A DNA stretch of 60,562 bases from Octopus bimaculoides (lineage: Eukaryota): assembly GCF_001194135.2 (NCBI RefSeq), contig NC_068981.1, forward strand, positions 21,876,758 through 21,937,319. The letters are read 5' to 3'. The position numbers and the translations under genes were made by a program. Under the pieces are notes generated by a model, which saw nothing but the letters and a program-made list of their open reading frames with translations, had not been told where the DNA came from and made no database searches. Positions 51,131 to 60,562 of the stretch are shown here, one piece after another (position 1 is the first letter of the stretch; every line of letters starts with the position of its first letter).

Positions 51131-52703
51131 CTCAGTAGTGCAGTGAAAGCTCACAATAAAAATAAGACTACTGAATAATAATTCTTTCAAATTTTGGCAC
51201 TGAGCCAACAGTGTTTAGGAGAAGGGGGTAAATCTATTACACCAACCACAGGGATCATTGGTACTTATTTTATCGAACCATGACAGAATTTGAACTCAGA
51301 ATGTAGAAACGGAAGAAATGCCACTTAGTATTTTATCCAACACATGATTCTACCAGCTTGCTGCCTTAGACTACTGAAATCATATTTTCTAATATAAGCA
51401 TCAAAGTATATATTTTTGACTGGGAAAAAACAGTGAATTAAATCACTATTTAGTACTGTTTAGATTGTGACAGTCTGAGTCATTTTAAAACTCATTTCTA
51501 TTGGTTTGGTTTGGAGAAAGAGGCTCTTAGCCTTTGCAAGTCATCTAAGACCTTTATTTTATCAACTCCAGAAGAACAGAAAGAGGCCTTTGAACTTAGA
51601 ACTTTGAATTCAGAATGTAAAGATATCTAATGATCTATAAGGCATTTTGACCAGTATTTTATCAATTCTGTCACTTGACCAAATGATACTATCAACCCCG
51701 ACAGATAATAATGTATCTCTAAAAAAAGAAAGGGAAAATTATCTAAAAGAACGCAGACATGGCTGTGTGGTAAAAAGTTTGTTTCCTATCCATATGGTTC
51801 TGGGTTCAGTCCCACTGCATGGCACATTGGGCAAGTAGTGTCTTCTATTATAGCCTTGTAAGTAGATTTTGTAGATGGAAAATAAAAGAAGCCCATTACA
51901 TGTGTGTGTGTGTGTGTGTGTCTTTCTCTTTGACTCTGGGTTTGTGTCACCCACGGTTGCCATTTGACAACTGGTGCTGGTGTGTTTACATGCCCATAAT
52001 TTAGCAGTTCAGCAAAAGAGACTGATAAAATAAATACCAGGCTTTAAAAAATAGGTACTGGGGTCAATTTATTCAACAAAAAGTTCTTTGATGTGGTACC
52101 CTAGCATAACTCCAGTCTAATGAGGGAAATGAGTAAAAGATAAATGATAATATTCTGCCAGTCCATCATCCTATTGCTCCTGTATTTTATTGACCTCAGA
52201 AAGATAAACAGCTAAGTTATTGCTGGTGTGAAGGGAGATGATGGGTATGGTTTTAAGTTTGTTTGTTGTAAAATTTCTAAGGGGATGATTGAAAGGATGA
52301 GTAACTATAAAACTGTGCCTGGTAAATAGCAGGAAAACACGACTGTGAAATAATTTGCCTATGTGATAGAGCTGTGTTAATTCTTATGTTAATGTACAGC
52401 ATAACATAATAGACACTGCTATTTAACAAGTAATATTGGTTTCAAATTTTGGAACAAGGCCAGCAATTTCGGGGTAGGGAGTACATTGACCCTAGTGCTC
52501 AACTGGTACTTATCTTATCAATCCCCAATAGGATGAAAGGCAAAGTTGACCTCGGTGGATTTTGAACTCAGAATGTAAAGGCAGATGAAACACCACAAAG
52601 CATTTTGCCCGATTCTGCCAGCTCGCTGCTTTAACAAGTGTAATATTATAATATAAATGAGATATCAGTGTTATATCAGAGGGATATATCTATGTTTATA
52701 TAC

Positions 52704-52785
52704 CTGAAGTCAGTATACAGTAAATCATAAACTTTTCAGTAAGGTCATTGCTGTTGGATGGTAAGTTTGATAAATGGATGTAAAG
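52704..52785 (-). CDS. UPF0658-like membrane protein exon (LYIHLSNLPSNSNDLTEKFMIYCILTS)
   Basis: Long pyrimidine tract ending ttttcag|, CAG|GTATAT donor, phase 0 to 1. Confidence 0.8.
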
Positions 52786-53119
52786 CTGAAAAAGAAGAAA
52801 ATAAAAATAAACAAAACAAACAAAACCAAAACAAAACAAAAGAAGGAACATTAAGAATTTTTAAAAAAAGCACAAAACTGGTTCTAAATCTTGTTAAACT
52901 TCTTCCAGCCATCTCAAATATCCACCTGAATATTTTCAAAAGATATACTAATTGTTCATGACATAAGGGATAATAGCATTCATGAGTTCTATCCTAGCTT
53001 TTGCATTTCTGCCTGCTTGACATTTGATAACTAAGAAAACTAAACTATTCAAAACAAAATTATAAATTCTTCAGAAAATATGAAAACAAAAATCTGAAAA
53101 TGTTTTCCTTCTATAATAA

Positions 53120-53830
53120 TGGTTTCAAACATTGATGCACGGTCAGAAATTTCTCAGAGAGAAAACAGTCAATTGTGTTGGTAGCCCCAGAACTTGAATG
53201 GTACATCATTTTACTGCACCCAGCAGGATTTGAACTCAGCAGTACATCACCAAACAGTCACTATAACCTTCTTTTTGAAGAGATCAGGTTTAAGGAAGGT
53301 TTTCAGTGCTTCATTTTGGTCCAGTCACTGCGAAGAACATTTTTTATTATTGTACAGAATCCACTTTTCATCGCAAGTTACAATACAGTCAGGAAATGGA
53401 TCAGTCTGGTTATAGAGAAGAAGCAACGAGCAAATTTCATATCTGCACATTTTCTGATTTTCATTCAAATCATGTGGTAACCATTTGTTGAGCGCTTTTT
53501 TGATTTTCCGATTGCATACAAACTTGAAGTTCTTTTGCCAGTTCTTGAGTGATTTTACATAGATCTTTCTCAATTATGGTCTTTAATTGACTGTCATTGA
53601 TGACAGATGGGCATCCACTATGCTCACGATCTTCAAGGCTCAGGTCTCCACTGTGAAATCATTTAAACCATTTTCGAGCTGACCACTCACTGGTCATTTC
53701 CTGACCAAATGTTTCGTTGATATCATGAGCAGTTTCAGCTGCTTTACATCTTTATTTAAGTTCAATAGCAAAATTGCTTGAATACCGTTCTTTGATAGTT
53801 CCATTTCAGATGATTGTAACAATGGTGAAA
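53120..53830 (-). mobile_element. Decayed mariner transposase (second family)
   Basis: KWLPHDLNENQK...IVTCDEKWILYNN (WVPHEL and D-catalytic motifs). Confidence 0.8.
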
Positions 53831-56335
53831 AATGTATCAATGTTAATTTATTGATGAATTTGGGCAGTCTATGTCTGTGTTAGCAGACAATTGCAAAAAA
53901 AAAAATATTAAAAAAATTCAAAACTCTGCAAAAATCTGGTACAAATTCTTCATAGTCCAAAATGTTGCTTACTTTTTACTCAACTTGATAGTTCAATCTA
54001 GAGTGATATCTGTTACAGTTTTAACTAATTTGTCATATTGTTGTCAAACCGTCATCACACACACAAAAGAAAGAAGAAAGAAAAAAAATTAAATAAATAA
54101 AATGAACTAAAGATTGAAAATCTAAAAAAATAAATATAAAACTAATCAACAAAACAATAACTAAGGAAAATCACTAAAATGAAATGAATGAATTTATAAG
54201 CAATTAAGAATATATCACATGCAACAAGTGGATGTAGGTATAGTTGCGAAGTGAAGAAGTTTGCATTGCGACCACATGGTTGATCCTATAGCATGCCACC
54301 TGGAGCAAGAGCCTTCAGCTATAACCTCAGGTTCTTCAATGTTTTGTGTGAGAAATTTAGCAAATAGAAACTGTGAGAATGCCCATCATACATGTGTGTT
54401 TCTGTGTATATGTGCAATCATATATGTGTGTGTATGAGTATATGAATGTGTATGTGTGTGTGCATGTATCATCATCATCATTCCAATGTCCTCTTTCCAT
54501 GCTGACATGCATTGGACAGATTGTGACAATCTGAGTCATTTCTTATTGAGAGCTACTGTTCATATAGACTGGTATTTGTATGTCATTTGACCTGATTTCT
54601 ACCATTAGGTGCCCTTCTGATCACCAATCATTTTACAGAGTATACCGGATGCATTTTCTCATGGCACCACCTTGAGAGAGTTTGCATTCCTGGTGTGAGG
54701 AAGGGCATCCAGCCATTGAAACCACGCTAAAGTAAACACTGGAGCTCAATGCAGTTCTCTAGCTCATCAGATCCTGAAGAACTACTCCAACCATGCCAGC
54801 ATTGAAGATGGATGGCAAAAAGTGATAATGATGGCAGGACAAGAGGGACCTCGTCTTCCTATCTACCCTTCTGTCCTGGCCTCTACTTCACTGCTTCTGT
54901 CCCTTCCTCCTTGTTCCATTTCCTCCCTCCACCATCCTCTCTGCTCTCGTGTGACCTGTGGTCAGCTTTCTTTTCACTCCAGCCGCTGTGAAGGCAAGAC
55001 GAACTACTAGCGTTCTACCTCAGATTTGCGTTTGGCCGTACGGCTTTTGAATGTTGTTTTCACTGTCCATTTTTTCCTGTCTTGGTTTGTGTTTGCCACC
55101 TTGGAATCCTCTGTGTAGTTGGTTGATCCACTACTCNNNNNNNNNNNNNNNNNNNNNNNNNNNNNNNNNNNNNNNNNNNNNNNNNNNNNNNNNNNNNNNN
55201 NNNNNNNNNNNNNNNNNNNNNNNNNNNNNNNNNNNNNNNNNNNNNNNNNNNNNNNNNNNNNNNNNNNNNNNNNNNNNNNNNNNNNNNNNNNNNNNNNNNN
55301 NNNNNNNNNNNNNNNNNNNNNNNNNNNNNNNNNNNNNNNNNNNNNNNNNNNNNNNNNNNNNNNNNNNNNNNNNNNNNNNNNNNNNNNNNNNNNNNNNNNN
55401 NNNNNNNNNNNNNNNNNNNNNNNNNNNNNNNNNNNNNNNNNNNNNNNNNNNNNNTATATATATAAATAGATAGATAGATAGATATAATACAGGATAGAGG
55501 GGTCTCTTTAATCTTGTCAAAGACAATGTCAAAAGCTGGTGGCATATCAAAACACCATCAGTTCATGCTGTAGAGTGATTATTGATAGAAAGTGTATCTG
55601 GTTGTAAAAGCCATGCCAAACGCAATGCAACACAACACACATATTTTAGGTGAAACCACACTGTAATATTGTTTCTACATCTGAGACAGATCTACTGTTA
55701 CCCACCTTCCACACACACACACAGCATAGACATCATCTGCAAAACAGCTCCAAATTGTGTGTGTGTGTGTCTGTGTGTGTGTGCATGTGTGCGCGTGTGC
55801 ATGCATGTGTGTGTATGTGTGTGCATATGTGTGTGTCTGTGTTTGTCTCCAACCACCACTTGACAATTAGTGTTGGTGAGTTTATGTCCCATAACTTAGC
55901 TGTTCGGCAGAAGAGACCAATACAATAAGCACTAGATTCAAAAAAATAAATACCAGGGTTGATTCATACAACTAAAAACATTCTTCAAGTTGGTGCCCCT
56001 GTCTAATGACTGAAACAAGTAAAAGATAAAAGATATATTGGCAGTTTTCTCTGTTTTGTGTTTGCCAGATAAGGAAGAGAACCAGAGAAGTGGAACACAC
56101 TAAGAAGCAGCCAACCTGTGTGAGCATGTAAAAAAAAAAAAAAACAAGTGTGATGATGATGATGATGGTGGTGGTGGTAGTGGTGGTGGTAGTGGTGGTG
56201 ATAGTGGGGTGGAAAGGAGAAAAGAGATGATGATGATGATGATGATAATGCCATGACAACTTCATGAGCACCAGACTGCTCCAGACAGACTTCATTTCAA
56301 AGCAGGCCTCAATATAAAAAAAGGGATTCACTTAC

Positions 56336-56422
56336 AGTTATTGTTTTAAATAAGTAATATCCAGGCTTTAAGAATCCAACTAGAATGAATACCAAAACAC
56401 CAATCTTGCTTTCCTTCTTCAT
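56336..56422 (-). CDS. UPF0658-like membrane protein exon (MKKESKIGVLVFILVGFLKPGYYLFKTIT)
   Basis: ttattctacag| acceptor, ACT|GTAAGT donor, phase 0 to 0. ESxIG and YxLFK motifs. Confidence 0.88.
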
Positions 56423-56636
56423 CTGTAGAATAAATGAAAAGTGTGTGTATAGTCAATAGTAAGTAGTAAGTTGTCCTATATAGTCAGATGTATGTAGTCC
56501 TATGTGATCAGTTGTATAAACTTAGAAGGTCATATAAGACTGAAGCCTACCCATTTTGGTTATACCCCCCAAAAGTTCAGGCTTAACACCTATCCCACTA
56601 CCACAACATACTTATTTAATATTAATCAATTTGAAA

Positions 56637-56878
56637 GGCGGTGAGCTGGCAGAAACGTTAGCACGCCGGGCGAAATGCTTAGCAGTATTTCATCTGCCGC
56701 TATGTTCTGAGTTTTGAGTTCAAATTTCACCAAGGTCGACTTTGCCTTTCATCCTTTCGGGGCCAATTAAATAAGTACCAGTTATGCACTGGGGTCGATA
56801 TAATCGACTTAATCCGTTTGTCTGTCCTTGTTTGTCCCCTCTGTGTGTAGCCCCTTGTGGGCAGTAAAGAAATAAGAA
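56637..56878 (+). mobile_element. tRNA-derived SINE with Nin/Deu-type central domain (minus-strand copies about 2090-2262, 4100-4235, 10200-10410, 41580-41775, 45255-45452, 48500-48630, 50100-50290, 52440-52632)
   Basis: ggcggtgagctggcagaa head, gagttcaaatt B box, gcctttcatcctttcgggg...ataagtaccag domain. Confidence 0.75.
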
Positions 56879-56884
56879 ACATTG

Positions 56885-57225
56885 ATTGTAAGGGCATTGT
56901 TTTTCATCACAGCAATGCCAGAGCACACACTTTTTAGCATATGAAGCAAAAGTTACTGGGGCTTTGCTGGAAAGTTTTTCTACACCCTCCATATTCGTCC
57001 AGCCTTCTGCCTTCAGATTTTCACTTGCTTCGGTCTTCTCAAAATTCATTGAATGGAGAGACCTTACACTCTGAAAAGGATGCAAAAATTCACCTGGAAG
57101 AGTTTTGCATCAGTAAAGATAGGAAATTCTTTGATCAGGGTATAATGGATCTACCCAGAAGATGGCAGAAGATGCTGGAATGAAATGGTAATTATATCAT
57201 TGATTGAATAAATTGCTTTGTGTTT
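56885..57225 (+). mobile_element. Mariner transposase 3' fragment
   Basis: LHPPYS..L.PSDFHL.RS.QN...FFDQGI.DLP.RWQK. Confidence 0.8.
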
Positions 57226-57236
57226 AAAACTTGTAT

Positions 57237-57287
<51 letters not shown>

Positions 57288-57298
57288 ACGTGTGTAAA

Positions 57299-58555
57299 TA
57301 TATGGGCTGGAAAGTTCATAGGCTAACTATGAAGAAGTGACACTAAAGCAGTGAAATCATGCATGCACTAATTTCAGTTCTTCTTATAAATAACTGTATT
57401 GTTTCTTTCCAGGTAAACTGATATTTAATTGTTCAAAGAAAACTTCAAAAGTACCTATTAGTGACTTCTCTTGAAAATCAATAAAATTTGGCATCACAGT
57501 ACCTGCAGAAAAAGGGTATAGCCCCCATGAACATTCATGGTATATTAGGGGATGATGTTCTAGCTTTGTCAATAGTGTTAAAAGTGGGAAGCTGAATTTA
57601 GGAGAAGGGAGTCTTGAAGATGACCCAGGGTCTGGATGTCCTGAAATTGCCACCACCAAAGAAAACATTGATCATGTGCACCGCATGGTCATGGATGACA
57701 GGTGATTGATTATAAATCAAATAATCAATGCTATTAGAATACTCTGTGAGAGAGTTGAAAATGTTTTGTACAATGAAAATTTTTGCTTGGTGGATGCCAC
57801 ATCTTCTGACACCTGATCAAAAACACACCAGGTTGATCACATCACGGGAAAATCTGACATTCTTTGAGATCAATCTAGTTGGTTTCTTTCAATGTTTACT
57901 TAGCCAGAATGAGTGTTGGCTTCATCACTTTGAGCCAGAGACAAAGAGACAATCCATGCAGAGGGAACACCCTTCCTCACCTGCTCCAAAGAAGGCCAAG
58001 GTTGTTTCATCTGTAGGGAAGATGATGGTCTCAGTTTTTTTGAGATGCAAAAAGCATTGTGTTTATTGATCATCTTCAAAAGGGCCACACCATCAATGGA
58101 GAGTACTATGCCAAATTGCTGAGATAGTTACAAAAGGTTATTAAGACCAAATGGCCAGGAGAGCTGATGAAAGACCTTGTTTCATCAGGACAATGCTCCA
58201 GCACACAAGTCCTTGGTTGCAATAGCTGCTGTGCATGACTGTAGCTTTGAACTGGTTGATCACCCACCCTATTCTCCTGATTTGGTCCCATTTCACTATC
58301 ATCTGTTCCTCAACATCAAAAAAACACTTGGCTGGGAACCAGTATTGTAGTGATGATGACATTATATCTGCTGTTGATGGACATATTTTGACCACCAGGT
58401 TAAAAGCTTCTTCACCAATGGGACCCAAGCACTGCAATAACTGATGGAAAACGTGTGTAGACTGCAAGAGGGACTATGTTGAAAATAAACCTCATTTGGT
58501 CATGTTTTATTGGAGTATCTTGACCAGCCTCTGAACTTTTCAGCTGACTCTCATG
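57299..58555 (+). mobile_element. Near-full-length decayed mariner (about 1.26 kb)
   Basis: TIRs at both ends; WMPHLLTPDQK, ECWLHHFEPETKRQSMQ, HQDNA-like and HPPYSPDL motifs with stops and frameshifts. Confidence 0.88.
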
Positions 58556-58913
58556 AGACATCAAAGTCACATTGATATGCAATAGACAGCTGATGAGAGA
58601 TGATCCCTCATTGTACTAAATATATTTTTGGCTCCACATTATAATAATCCTGTTGAAGACATTTTACTTACCTAGAATATTACATGTTCTTAGAGTACTT
58701 TAGTCCTTGTTATAGGTGTTAGAAGTGATTTCTTACATAGGAGTAATATTAATTTTTAACAAAGTTGAAATGCTGTTATAGGGCTGATATGAAATATATT
58801 CTCTACTATTTATCTTGCTAAATATGAAGAATTCATACATTCCATTGGAAATGCAATGATTATTTACAAACTTCAAAATTTGTCTAAATTGAATGAAAAG
58901 TTAAAGAACTTAC

Positions 58914-59048
58914 CAACACGTAGCCAAGAAAATCCCATCCTAAGGATATTGGAATGCCAATAAACAGAACAACAAGCTCCATAGTGTTTGGCTTAAGGTT
59001 GGCAAGGTTATTAAACCGCAGACTAAGAGTAAGAATCACAACGCTGAC
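58914..59048 (-). CDS. UPF0658-like membrane protein exon (VSVVILTLSLRFNNLANLKPNTMELVVLFIGIPISLGWDFLGYVL)
   Basis: atattttctag| acceptor, TTG|GTAAGT donor, 135 nt. Only frame 0 is open. Confidence 0.85.
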
Positions 59049-59599
59049 CTAGAAAATATATTTCAAATTTTCATTTTTAAAAACTGACTTTTATAAATGA
59101 AGGAATAATAATGAACTGCTTAGTTATCCAATATGGTATAGAGAATCAATCTACTGCAGATATTTCACATTGTAATTCATGTATGGAAATAAGTGTGTGT
59201 AATTAAACATATGCTATTATCATTACTAGAATACCTGGGCCATCAGTAATGATGGTGGGTGTTTAACTAAACTTTGTGATAGTTACAACATTTTGGTTTG
59301 TATGTATGAATATTTGATTTTTACCAATTGTAGGTATTGTTGAAAAATGTACACGATGAAAGTTGCTAATGCGAGTATCAGAATTTAAATTTAAAAAAGC
59401 CAAAATAAGGAAATTATATTTATCACTCCCAAAATATTATACAGGTCTGATTACTTTTGGTATGTACAATTCACTCAGTATTCATTCTACATTATGTTAA
59501 TTTCTACAATAAATACTCTACCTAATTTTGCAAGTGTTGTACATATATATGAATTAAAAACTTCCAAAATATATGCATATATACACATGGATACATGAT

Positions 59600-59780
59600 G
59601 TTACAAACAGGTTACATACATTTTCTAAAAGTTTTCAAGGAACAGCAGTTTATGCAAAAGCTACACATTTACAACATATTTGACACATTCCAAAGCATTA
59701 TTATTCACATTCACTGTGAAAGTTCCTGAAGAACATTTCTTTTATAGACATGAGGAGGCACCAACACACCTTGACCTGAA
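59600..59780 (-). mobile_element. Possible Gypsy integrase Zn-finger relic
   Basis: VLVPPH...VLQEL followed by CxxC-like residues; heavily decayed. Confidence 0.3.
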
Positions 59781-60253
59781 TTTTTAATCTGTAATTTCAA
59801 ATTATTTCTGAGTTCTGCTATACTTAAAGGAAGGCATACAAATATGCAGTGTAATAAGTAAATAGGCTAAAGTTCAATACACAATATCTTCTCAGTAAGT
59901 TGAATATAAAATTTGATATGTGTATTTTATTGTTGTGTAGTGGCAAATTGTTTGCATGCTATATTCAGTTTGATGTATAGTCAGTTTGTTTTGTTACTTC
60001 TTGTGTTAGTTAACATTTAATTTGTAGTGAAATTTTCAGTAGTATTCAGTGTTAAATGTACAGATAGCTTATATGATCAGTTGTCTTTTGTTACAACTGC
60101 TCTACTATATCTTTGGCCAATGAACCTTATATTATTTGACTGGTAGAGAATTGCATTATAGGTAAATGTGTACAATATATATCATGTGAGTTGTGATATA
60201 GTATTTTAGGAGAGTGGGTTATATATCTTTAGATATACACCTAACTTTCCTAC

Positions 60254-60333
60254 ATTAAATTGGAAGAGAACTGAACGCAGAAACTCCAAACTGATCAACA
60301 ACAACAAATATTTATTGTTCGGTGGAAAATAGC
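60254..60333 (-). CDS. UPF0658-like membrane protein exon (YFPPNNKYLLLLISLEFLRSVLFQFN)
   Basis: tctacatttcag| acceptor, AAT|GTAGGA donor. Phase 0 joins VSVVIL to give a continuous hydrophobic helix. Confidence 0.55.
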
Positions 60334-60398
60334 CTGAAATGTAGATGTACGGTTCTTCGAGCTGGTGTCGTTATAGAGACAACTTGGTTCAACCACAC

Positions 60399-60498
60399 TC
60401 AAATGGGAAAGCTTGCTTAGACGTCTTGCTTGGTCGCTGTCTGGCTTGGTAAGAGTCAGTCTAATAGCGGGAACGCTTTGATGTTGAAACCCACGCAT
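60399..60498 (-). CDS. UPF0658-like membrane protein, putative first coding exon (MRGFQHQSVPAIRLTLTKPDSDQARRLSKLSHL)
   Basis: ATG at 60498. A weak A|GTGTGG donor and a 65-nt intron would join the 60333 exon in phase 1. Speculative. Confidence 0.3.
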
Positions 60499-60502
60499 GC
60501 TT

Positions 60503-60524
60503 TTTTGGCGCCAATATGACGTCA
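60503..60524. promoter_or_regulatory. Promoter-like motif cluster: E2F-like TTTTGGCGCC, CCAAT and palindromic CRE TGACGTCA
   Basis: Three overlapping or adjacent motifs in a CpG-retaining stretch next to the putative ATG at 60498. Confidence 0.4.
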
Positions 60525-60562
60525 CTACAATGGCTCCCCCTTGAGTGTGAAACACAAAATTA

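Noticed and set aside
55490-55570. Exon after 56336 (HELMVF*)
   Set aside because: Stops in all frames; the 52785 exon continues the homologous sequence.
58671-58790. Extra coding exon of the membrane gene (strong TAG|GTAAGT donor)
   Set aside because: All three frames have stops close to the donor, and exons 58914 and 56422 already join in frame.

Overview
AT-rich, microsatellite- and repeat-dense eukaryotic DNA with many N gaps. The tRNA-derived SINE families, RTE 3' ends with (GAT)n tails and (AAT)n-embedded elements are typical of a coleoid cephalopod, probably Octopus (inferred, not searched). I assembled two spliced minus-strand genes by hand from GT-AG sites with matching phases; the ORF track shows only parts of them. 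(1) An RGSL1-like protein with two RGS-type domains: 8 solid internal exons at 18891 to 1898, a probable ATG exon at 19778-19658 with an in-frame TGA just upstream of the ATG, and an ambiguous last exon near 1600-1380. (2) A ~212-aa four-TM protein (exons about 60498 to 44655) aligning nearly gap-free with the C-terminal half of the mainly fungal UPF0658 Golgi membrane family (ESxIG, YxLFK, NFxKGLK motifs, recalled from memory). The rest is decayed mobile DNA: mariner/Tc1/pogo elements, piggyBac-type and foldback MITEs, RTE, R4/Dong-type RLE and Penelope-like retroelements, and three SINE families. Notable structures are a minimal hammerhead-ribozyme motif in a Penelope-like insert, an (AAT)n-targeted autonomous/non-autonomous pair, a triplicated 5' junction and a perfect 37-bp hairpin. 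I found no real tRNA or rRNA genes and no CRISPR arrays.
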